DNA of 64,000 bases, from assembly GCA_028693275.1 (NCBI GenBank), contig JAQUVS010000001.1, forward strand, positions 2,741-66,740, written 5' to 3'. The stretch is from Bacilli bacterium (lineage in GTDB: Bacteria; Bacillota_I; Bacilli_A; RF39; UBA660). The notes below the pieces were generated by a model, which saw nothing but the letters and a program-made list of their open reading frames with translations, did not search any database and had not been told where the DNA came from. How positions within the stretch are numbered: position 1 is the stretch's first letter; each line of letters opens with the position of its first letter. The position numbers and the translations under genes are program-made. Shown one piece after another: positions 22,218-31,647 of the stretch.

Positions 22218-22895
22218 TTAATCGTCTCTTCCTGTTAATATTAAGACTAATCTTAATATTTCTAATAATGTTGTAGCTACACTTGCTACATATGTTAAAG
22301 CAGCAGCTCTAAGCATGCTTTCACTATCTTCTAATTCTTCTTTTTCTAAGAAGTCTTCTTTTTCTAAGAAAACAAGAGCTCTTTTAGAAGCATCAAATTC
22401 TACTGGTAAAGTTATTAATTGAAATAACAGGATTATTATTTCCATTCCTATACCGACCCATATTAAATCAGTTATATTAGCTAAAAATCCTATTAATATA
22501 GCTACATAACCAAATTTAGAGGCAAAACTTACTAGAGGGAAAAATATTCCTCTTAATTTTATGAAAAAATATCCTTCTTTGTCTTGAACAGCGTGTCCAA
22601 CTTCATGTGCTGCTACACTTGCTGAAGCTATTGTATTTCCGTTAAATATATCTTTAGACAATCTTACAACTTTTCTGTTTGGATCATAATGATCTGAAAG
22701 AATACCTTCTGTTTCGGTTACATAAATATCTTTTAATCCATTATTATCTAAAATTTTTCTAGCTACTTCTACACCAGTAATATCCTTTTTTAATTTTTTT
22801 GTTTTAAAAAAATTATACTTTGATGTAACGTAGAATTGAGAAGCCATTGTTATAATAACGGCTATTACCATTAATATTAAACTTACAAAATCCAT
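22218..22895 (-). CDS. Membrane zinc metallopeptidase (YugP/Zn_peptidase_2-like)
   Basis: HEVGHAVQ HExxH motif, several TM helices, 225 aa. Confidence 0.55.
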   Translation of the reverse strand: MDFVSLILMVIAVIITMASQFYVTSKYNFFKTKKLKKDITGVEVARKILDNNGLKDIYVTETEGILSDHYDPNRKVVRLSKDIFNGNTIASASVAAHEVGHAVQDKEGYFFIKLRGIFFPLVSFASKFGYVAILIGFLANITDLIWVGIGMEIIILLFQLITLPVEFDASKRALVFLEKEDFLEKEELEDSESMLRAAALTYVASVATTLLEILRLVLILTGRDD

Positions 22896-22906
22896 TTAGT
22901 CCTCCT

Positions 22907-24301
22907 TTATATTAATTCGTATGTTGTTTTTTCTCTTGAATCTATTATTTTTATTCCTTTAGAAAGAAGTTCTTCTCTTATAGAATCTGCTAGTTGATAA
23001 TCTTTATTAATCTTAGCATTATTTCTTTCTAGTATTTTTTCTTCTATATATTTTTCTAAATCCTTATCAACTTTCTTTTCTTCTTCTATTAATCCTAATG
23101 AAAGAACTTTATCAAAATCTTCTATTAAATATAGTTTTGTAAAATCAGTTAATTCTTCATCTTTTATGATGTCATAAATTAGAGTTATTGCATTTGATGT
23201 GTTTAAGTCATTAGAAAGAGCTTCTAAAAATTTATCTTTATAGAAATCTATTTTTCCTTCTTTTAAATTTGGAGTTCTATCAAGTTGTTTTATTCTATTT
23301 TTTAACTTTAAATAAGAAGTTTCTGCTGTTTCTAAGGCTTCATATGTAAATACTAAGTTATTTCTATAATGACTCGTTAAACATAAATATCTATAACTTA
23401 GAGGGTTATAATTTTTTTCTTCTAGTAATGAAACAGTTAAAAATTCTCCTGTTGACTTACTCATTTTTCCACTTTGAACATTTAAGTGTTCTCCGTGAAC
23501 CCAATAGTTACACCATTTATGTCCACAAAAAGCTTCTGATTGAGCTATTTCATTAGTATGATGCGGGAAAACATTATCTACTCCTCCACAGTGGATATCT
23601 AAGTATTCTCCTAGATATTTCATTGAAATACCAGAACATTCAATATGCCATCCTGGGTATCCAACTCCCCAAGGAGAATCCCACTTCATATCTTGATCAG
23701 CAAATTTTGAAATAGTAAACCATAATCCAAAATCATATGGATTTCTTTTTGATTTATCTTCTTCTACAGTATCCCTTACTCCTACTTTTAAATCTTCAGG
23801 ATTTTTTCCAGATAGTTTGTAATATTCATTTGCTTTTGTTATATCAAAATATACATTTCCATCTGAAATATATGCATACTCTTCTTTTAACATTTTTTCT
23901 ATCATTTTTATATATTGATCAATATTATCACTAGCTTTTGATACTATACTTGGTTTATCAATATTTAACTTTTCACAGTCCTCAAAAAAAGATTTTGTAT
24001 AAAAATCAGCTATTTCATAAACTGTTTTTCCTTCTCTTTTTGCTCCCTTAGACATTTTATCTTCACCAGTATCAGCATCACTACTCATATGACCTACATC
24101 TGTTATATTCATAACCCTTGTTACATCATATCCAGAATATCTTAGGCTCTTTTCTAATATGTCTTCAAATATATAAGTTCTTAAATTACCAATATGAGCA
24201 TAATGATAAACAGTAGGCCCGCAAGTGTACATCTTTACTTTTCCGTCTTCAATTGGAACGAAGTCTTCTATTTTTTTTGTTAAAGTATTATATAGTTTCA
24301 A
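22907..24301 (-). CDS. cysS: Cysteine--tRNA ligase
   Basis: HIGN (AHIGNLRTY) and KMSKS motifs. 464 aa. Confidence 0.92.
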   Translation of the reverse strand: MKLYNTLTKKIEDFVPIEDGKVKMYTCGPTVYHYAHIGNLRTYIFEDILEKSLRYSGYDVTRVMNITDVGHMSSDADTGEDKMSKGAKREGKTVYEIADFYTKSFFEDCEKLNIDKPSIVSKASDNIDQYIKMIEKMLKEEYAYISDGNVYFDITKANEYYKLSGKNPEDLKVGVRDTVEEDKSKRNPYDFGLWFTISKFADQDMKWDSPWGVGYPGWHIECSGISMKYLGEYLDIHCGGVDNVFPHHTNEIAQSEAFCGHKWCNYWVHGEHLNVQSGKMSKSTGEFLTVSLLEEKNYNPLSYRYLCLTSHYRNNLVFTYEALETAETSYLKLKNRIKQLDRTPNLKEGKIDFYKDKFLEALSNDLNTSNAITLIYDIIKDEELTDFTKLYLIEDFDKVLSLGLIEEEKKVDKDLEKYIEEKILERNNAKINKDYQLADSIREELLSKGIKIIDSREKTTYELI

Positions 24302-24313
24302 ATTATCACTCCT

Positions 24314-25750
24314 TTATGCATTAAGTCTTGTCACTACTAAATCTTTACCTAGTAAATGAATAGTATTTGGTAATTCTGGTCCATGCATTTGACCGGTAGT
24401 TTTTATTCTTATTGGCATATATAGCATTTTCCCTTTTACTTGAGCTTTTTCTTTTGTATTATTAATAGCTTGATTAATACTATCTACATTCCAATCACTA
24501 ATAGATAAAATTTCTTGTTTAAATACTTCTAAAGTATTATTAACTCCTTCTTCATTTAAAATTTCTTGTTCTTCTTCGTTAATAATTACTTTTTCTTTAA
24601 AGAATAGATTTGTAACTTCAACTATTTCTTTCCCATAAGAAATATGATTTTGATATATAGAAACTAGTTCTTTTAACCATTCTTCTGTTTTACTACTTAA
24701 GTCATAATTTTCTTTTAGATGAGGAATTGTTATTTTTAATAATTCTTCTATTGTTAATCTTTTTATATAATGAGCATTTACCCATCTAAGTTTTTTAACA
24801 TCATATACTGCTGGGGAATTATTTATTCTTTTTACATCAAATTTATTAATTAGTTCTTCTAATGAGAAAATTTCTTCATTATCTGCTGGAGACCAACCTA
24901 GTAATGCTAAATAATTTATAATTCCTTCTGGTAAATATCCATCATTATATAAATCCATAAACGTTGAATCTCCATCACGTTTAGAAATCTTCTTTCCACC
25001 TTCTTTAACTATGTGTGGAAGATGGATATATATTGGACTTTCCCATCCAAATGCTTCATATAATAATAAATATTTTGGTGTAGAAGATAAATATTCATTT
25101 CCTCTTACAACATGTGATATTTCCATTAAATGATCATCTATAACATTTGCAAAATTGTATGTAGGATATCCATCACTTTTTAAAAGAATTTGATCTTCTA
25201 AAAGACAATTTTCAATTGTAATTGGTCCATAAACTAAATCTTCGTAAGAAGTTTTTCCTTCTTTTGGCATTCTTTGTCTTATTACATATTTTTCATTATT
25301 TTTAATTTTTTCTTCTATTTGTTCTTTAGTTAAACTTTTACAATGTCCATCATACATAAAAGGAACTTTTGCTTCTTCTGCTTCTTTTCTTAAATTATCT
25401 AATCTTTCTTCATTACAAAAACAATAGTAAGCACTTCCACTTTCAACTAATTTGTTTGCATATTCTTTATATAATTCAAGTCTTTCGCTTTGTGTATATG
25501 GTCCAAAATTTCCTCCGTTTAAAGGTCCTTCATCTACTTCTATATTACAAATTTTAAGAGTATCATATATAAATTCTACTGCTCCTTCAACATATCTAGT
25601 TTGATCTGTATCTTCTATTCTCAATACAAAATCACCTTTGTTTGTTTTTGCTACTAAGTACTCAAATAAAGCACTTCTTAAATTTCCTATGTGCATAAAT
25701 CCAGTTGGACTTGGTGCAAATCTTGTTCTTACTTTTTCCATTTCAATCAC
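24314..25750 (-). CDS. gltX: Glutamate--tRNA ligase
   Basis: PSPTGFMHIGNLRSALF and KISKR motifs. 478 aa. Confidence 0.92.
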   Translation of the reverse strand: MIEMEKVRTRFAPSPTGFMHIGNLRSALFEYLVAKTNKGDFVLRIEDTDQTRYVEGAVEFIYDTLKICNIEVDEGPLNGGNFGPYTQSERLELYKEYANKLVESGSAYYCFCNEERLDNLRKEAEEAKVPFMYDGHCKSLTKEQIEEKIKNNEKYVIRQRMPKEGKTSYEDLVYGPITIENCLLEDQILLKSDGYPTYNFANVIDDHLMEISHVVRGNEYLSSTPKYLLLYEAFGWESPIYIHLPHIVKEGGKKISKRDGDSTFMDLYNDGYLPEGIINYLALLGWSPADNEEIFSLEELINKFDVKRINNSPAVYDVKKLRWVNAHYIKRLTIEELLKITIPHLKENYDLSSKTEEWLKELVSIYQNHISYGKEIVEVTNLFFKEKVIINEEEQEILNEEGVNNTLEVFKQEILSISDWNVDSINQAINNTKEKAQVKGKMLYMPIRIKTTGQMHGPELPNTIHLLGKDLVVTRLNA

Positions 25751-25812
25751 CTGGAAATATTATATCATAAAAATAAAAAAAGAATTAGAAATAATTCCTA
25801 ATTCATAATTTA

Positions 25813-27018
25813 TTATCTACGTGTTGTAAAGGTTACTCTTGTTGCTGGGAAATATATATAATCTCTTGGACCTTTATAAGAACCATTTTTGTAAATGCCA
25901 CTTACATAACTCGTATATTTTGCCCATGTTCCACAGTTTTTATCTGCTAAGTTATAAAGTCTACAAGGAACAACCTCTAAATGTAAATGTGCTCCTTGAG
26001 AATATCCTGTGTTCCCCATTATACCAATATAATCATTTATCGTAACTGATTTACCTACGTAAACATTAGGAGCAAATGAACTCATGTGTGTATAAAGAGA
26101 AGAAAAATATTTTCCTGTTACTGTTCTATGTTCTATTACAATTGTTAAAGCCCCATAGTAATCATAATATTTTGCTTTTATAGTTCCATTGGCAACAGGA
26201 TAAATCCTTGTTGAATATGGATTACCGTTAGAAATATCTAATCCTCTATGTAGTCCTCCCCATCTATTACCAAATTCACTTGTTATGTAACCAGATTGAA
26301 CAGGTCTAACAAATTCACCAGCATTGTTTGTTTTTGCACAATCAACACCTATAATATCTGTTGATTTACATCCTAATTTTTTATAATTAGAAACTATTTC
26401 ATCATATATTTTAATTTGTTGAGATACTGATACTGAGTTAGAATTCAAACTCGCTTTTACACCGGTTAAATTAGATATTCTACTTGTTGCAGTTTCTCTT
26501 TTTACAGCTAGTTGTTTTTCTTTTTCAGCTAATTGAATTTCTCTAGCTTTATTATTTTCTATTAATTGTTCAAGATTTTCTATTTTCTTTTTATTATAAT
26601 CAACTAATTGTTCTATAACTGATAATCTATATATTAAATCAGTCATATCTGTAGCTCCTAGTGCATATTCAAGATATGTATTTTCACTTTGAGACATTTG
26701 TAAGTATTGAAATAATTCTTTTGTCTCTAAACTTTTATCACTTATTTCTTGATTGTAAGCAATTATTTCTTGTTTCATTTTTTCTACTTCTTGAGTCATT
26801 GCTATTAATTCTTTTTTTATATTTTCTATTTCTGCTTTTGCAGAGTTAATAGCTGAATCAGTCTTATTTATTTCACTTTGATTTTTTGCTTGTTCATTTT
26901 TATATTTTTGCAAAAGATTTTCATAATCAGCTAAAGTTTCTGCTTTTACTTGAATGGAAGTTACAGTAAACAAAGTAATTATGGAAAATATAAAAGTTAA
27001 TGTTTTTATCTTATTCAT
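25813..27018 (-). CDS. Secreted coiled-coil + M23 (LytM) peptidase, EnvC-like
   Basis: Signal peptide, ~200 aa heptad-rich coiled coil, C-terminal M23 motifs HRGLDI and HLHLEV. Directly downstream of ftsEX. Confidence 0.65.
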   Translation of the reverse strand: MNKIKTLTFIFSIITLFTVTSIQVKAETLADYENLLQKYKNEQAKNQSEINKTDSAINSAKAEIENIKKELIAMTQEVEKMKQEIIAYNQEISDKSLETKELFQYLQMSQSENTYLEYALGATDMTDLIYRLSVIEQLVDYNKKKIENLEQLIENNKAREIQLAEKEKQLAVKRETATSRISNLTGVKASLNSNSVSVSQQIKIYDEIVSNYKKLGCKSTDIIGVDCAKTNNAGEFVRPVQSGYITSEFGNRWGGLHRGLDISNGNPYSTRIYPVANGTIKAKYYDYYGALTIVIEHRTVTGKYFSSLYTHMSSFAPNVYVGKSVTINDYIGIMGNTGYSQGAHLHLEVVPCRLYNLADKNCGTWAKYTSYVSGIYKNGSYKGPRDYIYFPATRVTFTTRR

Positions 27019-27020
27019 AG

Positions 27021-27941
27021 TTACACCTTCAAATATCTTTTAACAGCTCTATAACTACCAATCATCCCTACAACAATACCCATTAAGACAATTATTGCAG
27101 ATAAATAATATACAAATGGAGTGGGTTTTATCAGTGTTATTAGTGGAGATATTGCTTTTCCATCAAAATGAGTATATACAGAATTATATCCAAAAATAAT
27201 AGCTAATACTGGTAATATAGAACCTAATAAACCTAATATTATACCTTCAAAAACAAAAGGATTCTTGATTGTAAAATTACTTGCACCAACAAGTCTCATT
27301 ATTGATATTTCTCTTTTTCTTGAATAAATTGTTAATTTGATAGTATTTATAATTAGGAAAATAGTTACTGCTACTAAAGCTATAACTGCTCCTATTGATA
27401 CTTTTTCTATTACTTTAAAAACAGTTATTAACTTATCAATCATTTCTTCACCATAGTCTACTAAGTTAACATTTTCTAAACTTCTGATTGAAGTAACTGT
27501 TGTTTTTATTTTTTCAATATCTTTTACAGTTACTAGAAATGTATCTTTTAGAGGGTTTTCTTCTGCTGACCATTCACTCATAATACTATTTAAAAATTCA
27601 TCAGAAGATTGCATTTCTTGCTTAACCATATCTTTAGACTTAAAATCTAAAGTTGCTATATTATCTAAGGAAGCTATTTGTTGTCTTATTGTTTCTACTT
27701 GCTCAGTGGTTGCTCCATTATTGACATATACAACCATTGTTACATCTTCTCTAATTTTTTTAGAGAAGTTTTCTACGTTAGCACTTAAAATTAAAGATAC
27801 AGCGACTATAACTAATGTTATTGTTATACATGTTATTGATGCTAGTGATAAAGAAAAATTTCTGAATACACTTTTAAAAGCATCTCTTAAACTAAAATTA
27901 ATCATTCTTAATAGCTTCATCATCATATTTTCCTTTCTCAT
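27021..27941 (-). CDS. ftsX: Cell-division ABC transporter permease FtsX
   Basis: Four TM segments with a large extracellular loop. Overlaps ftsE. Confidence 0.75.
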   Translation of the reverse strand: MRKENMMMKLLRMINFSLRDAFKSVFRNFSLSLASITCITITLVIVAVSLILSANVENFSKKIREDVTMVVYVNNGATTEQVETIRQQIASLDNIATLDFKSKDMVKQEMQSSDEFLNSIMSEWSAEENPLKDTFLVTVKDIEKIKTTVTSIRSLENVNLVDYGEEMIDKLITVFKVIEKVSIGAVIALVAVTIFLIINTIKLTIYSRKREISIMRLVGASNFTIKNPFVFEGIILGLLGSILPVLAIIFGYNSVYTHFDGKAISPLITLIKPTPFVYYLSAIIVLMGIVVGMIGSYRAVKRYLKV

Positions 27942-28614
27942 AATCGTTTATCAATCTTCCTTCTTTAAGGACTATTACTCTTTTTTTCATTTTGTTTACT
28001 ATTTCTTTATCATGAGTTGCCATTATTATTGTTGTCCCTAAAGTTTTATTAATATTTTCAAGAACTCTCATTATTTCCATACTCATTTCTGGATCTAAGT
28101 TACCTGTAGGTTCATCGCATAAAAGGAGTTTTGGAGAATTAACTATGGCTCTTGCTATAGCTACTCTTTGTTGTTCTCCTCCAGATAATTGATCTGGATA
28201 ATCCCTTACTTTTCCTTTTAGGCCTACTAATTCAAGAGCCTTAAGAGTTTTTGTTCTTATTTCAGTTTTTTTTGCTCCTATTACCTCTAGAGCAAATGCA
28301 ACATTTTCGTATACATTAGACTTAGGAAGTAATCTATAATCTTGGAAGACTATACCTAGTTTTCTTCTGATTTTATAAACTTTGCTGTTTCTTAGTTTGG
28401 CTACATTTAGTCCACCTACTACAATTTCTCCTCTTGTTGGTTTTTCTTCTCTATATAGCATTTTTATCAATGTAGATTTACCGCTACCTGAACCACCTAT
28501 AATAAAAGCAAAATCACCTTTTTTAATTTTTAAGTTTAAATCATATATCGCTGTTACTCCATTTTTATATTGTTTAGTAACATCGTTGATACAAATAAAT
28601 TCCATATACATCAC
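27898..28614 (-). CDS. ftsE: Cell-division ATP-binding protein FtsE
   Basis: Walker A GGSGSGKST, signature LSGGEQQRV, Walker B LLLCDEP. Confidence 0.88.
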   Translation of the reverse strand: MMYMEFICINDVTKQYKNGVTAIYDLNLKIKKGDFAFIIGGSGSGKSTLIKMLYREEKPTRGEIVVGGLNVAKLRNSKVYKIRRKLGIVFQDYRLLPKSNVYENVAFALEVIGAKKTEIRTKTLKALELVGLKGKVRDYPDQLSGGEQQRVAIARAIVNSPKLLLCDEPTGNLDPEMSMEIMRVLENINKTLGTTIIMATHDKEIVNKMKKRVIVLKEGRLINDYEKGKYDDEAIKND

Positions 28615-28658
28615 CTATCCTTCATTATGATTTTATTCTTCATATTGTTTATCTATTG

Positions 28659-29564
28659 TTATTCTCCACCCATTAGTTGATATGAGTCCATTATTATTAT
28701 AAAAGCTGTTTCATCTATAAGACGTATACCCTCTTTTAATTTAAAATAATCACTGTTTGGGATAACCGTCATTAGTGCATGTTTTTTATTTAATTCATAA
28801 CCACCTTTTACATTAAATTCTGTTACTCCATGGCCAAGAACATTTAAAATATATTCTTCTACGTCTTTTTCTTTTTTGGTTAATATATACATACTTTTAT
28901 TTTTAGAAATTCCTATTAAGATTCTATCAGTTACTAAGTTACTTATATATATAACTATTATGGCATACATTACCATCGTACTACCAAAAGATAGACCACC
29001 TATAATTACTACTATTCCATTTAATAGAAAACTTGTCTTAGAAATAGATATTTTTTTAAATTTATAAATTGCTTGGGAAATAATATTAAATCCGCCAGTA
29101 CTTAATCCTGTTTTTAAATTAATACCAGTTGTTACTCCACTTATAATTCCTAGAAATAAGGCTATTAATAATTGATCTGAAGTATCTACTTTTATTACTG
29201 TTGAGATGTTAGTTGTAATTTCTACAAAAAATGGATATACCAAAGACACAACCAAAGATGAAATTATTTTTTCTCTATCTAAAAACATTACTCCAATCAG
29301 TAATAATAAAACTGATGTAACAAGCATTATTTGCGATGGACTTATTTCAATAAAATTATTTATTATTATTGTTATACCTGATACTCCGCCTGTTACTAAA
29401 TCTAATGGTCTTTGCAATAAATTAAAGGCTACTGCAGAAACAAACATAGTAGCTAATAATATTAAGTATTTTCCTATATAAGAAATAATTGTATCTTTTT
29501 TAGTTAAAATTGTTTTCTTTTTTTTCTTAAACATTTTACTCACCGCCGTATACTTCATAGGCAT
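28659..29564 (-). CDS. YitT-family membrane protein (DUF161 + C-terminal DUF2179-like domain)
   Basis: Five TM segments plus a soluble C-terminal domain. Paralog of the next gene. Confidence 0.55.
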   Translation of the reverse strand: MPMKYTAVSKMFKKKKKTILTKKDTIISYIGKYLILLATMFVSAVAFNLLQRPLDLVTGGVSGITIIINNFIEISPSQIMLVTSVLLLLIGVMFLDREKIISSLVVSLVYPFFVEITTNISTVIKVDTSDQLLIALFLGIISGVTTGINLKTGLSTGGFNIISQAIYKFKKISISKTSFLLNGIVVIIGGLSFGSTMVMYAIIVIYISNLVTDRILIGISKNKSMYILTKKEKDVEEYILNVLGHGVTEFNVKGGYELNKKHALMTVIPNSDYFKLKEGIRLIDETAFIIIMDSYQLMGGE

Positions 29565-30423
29565 CTGTAACTACGAAGAATGCAGTAGAGTCAATCTCAT
29601 GAATACCTTCTTTTAATTTAAAATATTCTTTAGTTGGTATTACACATAAAAGAACTTTTTGTCTTTCATTTGTAAAACCACCTCTTGCATCAAATATTGT
29701 TACTCCATGTCCCAAATATTTCAAAATAAATTCTTTTATTTCATCATCTTTTTCAGCAATTATATAAAAAGCTTTTGAATCAGAGATTCCTAATAAAACT
29801 TTATCTGTTAAAATACTTATAATATATAAAACAATTAGAGCGTACATTAATTTTGTTACTCCGAAGACGAATACTCCACCTAAAACAATTAATCCATCAC
29901 TCATAATCATTGCACTTCCCATGCTAACCTTCATGTATTTGGATATTATTTGATTTATTATGTCTGTTCCTCCACTTGTAAAACCTGCTCTGAATACTAG
30001 TCCAGCTCCCAGACCAAATACTATTCCTCCAAATATTGCGGATAAAAGTATTTGAGAAGTATCAAATTTTAGAACTTCACCAACATTTGCTGTTAGTTCA
30101 ACAAATACCGGAAGTAAAAGGGAACCAAGTAAAGAAGCAAATGTTTTTTCTTTTCCTAAAAAGATCAAACTAATTATCAATAAAACTACTGAAGAAAGCA
30201 TTATGAACTTTGATGGTTCTATATCGCAAATGTTTTTAATGATTATTGAAAAACCACTTACACCACCAAAAACAATATTATTTGGCAGTAAGAATAAGTT
30301 AAAAGCAATTGCTACTAACAATAAACCTGCTATTAATTCTAAATATCTTCTTAATCTGAATTTTTTATAAATTCTTTTTATTATATTTTCATCTATAGAA
30401 ACTTTTTTCTTAAAAAAATTCAT
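29536..30423 (-). CDS. YitT-family membrane protein, tandem paralog
   Basis: Same architecture and collinear similarity (e.g. GGVSGFSIII vs GGVSGITIII). 29-nt overlap with its paralog. Confidence 0.55.
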   Translation of the reverse strand: MNFFKKKVSIDENIIKRIYKKFRLRRYLELIAGLLLVAIAFNLFLLPNNIVFGGVSGFSIIIKNICDIEPSKFIMLSSVVLLIISLIFLGKEKTFASLLGSLLLPVFVELTANVGEVLKFDTSQILLSAIFGGIVFGLGAGLVFRAGFTSGGTDIINQIISKYMKVSMGSAMIMSDGLIVLGGVFVFGVTKLMYALIVLYIISILTDKVLLGISDSKAFYIIAEKDDEIKEFILKYLGHGVTIFDARGGFTNERQKVLLCVIPTKEYFKLKEGIHEIDSTAFFVVTDAYEVYGGE

Positions 30424-31509
30424 TATTTTTCTCCTTTCAAGTATCCATTTATAAATATTTCTATATCACCATCTAAAACTTTTGTAGTGTTACTAGTTTC
30501 AATATTTGTTCGATGATCTTTTATCATTGAATATGGATGTAAAACATAACTTCTAATTTGAGAGCCAAATTCAATATTATTATATGAACCTTGTAGATCA
30601 GATAACTCTTTTTCTTTTCTTTCAAGTTCTAGTAAATATAATTTATTTTTTAGCATTTTCATACATTGTTCTCTATTTTGTATCTGACTTCTTTCGTTTT
30701 GACATGTAACAACAATTTTAGTTGGAATGTGAGTTATTCTCACAGCTGAATCTGTTGTATTTACACTTTGTCCGCCAGCACCACTACTTCTAAAGACATC
30801 TACTCTTATATCTTGTTCATTAATTTGAATTTCTACATTGTTATCAAATTCTGGAAAAACATCTACTGAAGCAAACGAAGTATGTCTTTTATTATTAGAA
30901 TCAAAAGGAGATAATCTTATTAGACGATGAACACCTTTTTCGGATTTCAAATAACCGTAGGAATTTTCACCTTTTACTAACATGGAAATACTTTTGTAAC
31001 CAGTTTCGTCTCCTTCTTGGCTATCTAATAGCTCATATTTATAATTTTTTTTGTCAAAATATCTAGTATACATTCTATATAAAATATTTGCCCAATCACA
31101 AGCTTCTGTTCCACCAGCACCAGAATGAATCTCAAATACACAATTATTTTTATCATATGGTTGATTCAATAATAATTCTATTGATAATTCTTCTAATTGT
31201 TTTTTTAATTCTTCTGTTTCTTTTTCGATATCATTTATCATTTCATTATCGGCAATTTCTAATAGTTCAATATTATCCAACACCTTAGTTTTTAGTATTT
31301 TTAAACTTTCTGCTTCTTTTTTTAATTTGTTTAAATTTTTAATAACTTTATCTGCATTTTCTTTATTGTTCCAGAAATCCTGTTTATTTATTTCTGCATT
31401 TAATATTATTATCTCTTTATTTTTTTCTTCAATGTCAAAGAGACCTCCATAAAATATCTATTTCTTCTTTCATAGTAATTAATATTTTTTTTATTTCACT
31501 AATTTCCAT
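30423..31509 (-). CDS. prfB: Peptide chain release factor 2, requires programmed +1 frameshift
   Basis: Frame 0 from ATG at 31509 gives MEISEIKKILITMKEEIDILWRSL then UGA. Shifting +1 at CUU UGA C continues into the track ORF with SPFDS and GGQ motifs. AAGGAGG SD precedes the ATG. Confidence 0.88.
31434..31449 (-). other. prfB autoregulatory +1 frameshift site
   Basis: Minus strand GGAGG-UCU-CUU-UGA-C: internal SD, 3-nt spacer, slippery CUU, UGA with 3' C. Confidence 0.85.
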
Positions 31510-31614
31510 AGTACCTCCTTATATCATATATAAAGTATAACATGTATAAACTTTTATTTCAAAAATAAGACCATTTTTTATATAAATAATCTTTATTTTA
31601 CGTTAATTACAATA

Positions 31615-31641
31615 AAAAATAACTTTTAAAAAGTTATTTTT
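31615..31641 (-). terminator. AT-rich hairpin after secA (weak terminator)
   Basis: AAAAATAACTTTT-A-AAAAGTTATTTTT palindrome followed by T-run. Confidence 0.3.
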
Positions 31642-31647
31642 TTAATA

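Noticed and set aside
31283-31509. Apparent gap between secA and the prfB track ORF, considered as a separate small gene or leader
   Set aside because: It is explained by the 25-codon prfB frame-0 leader that joins the main ORF via the programmed +1 frameshift.
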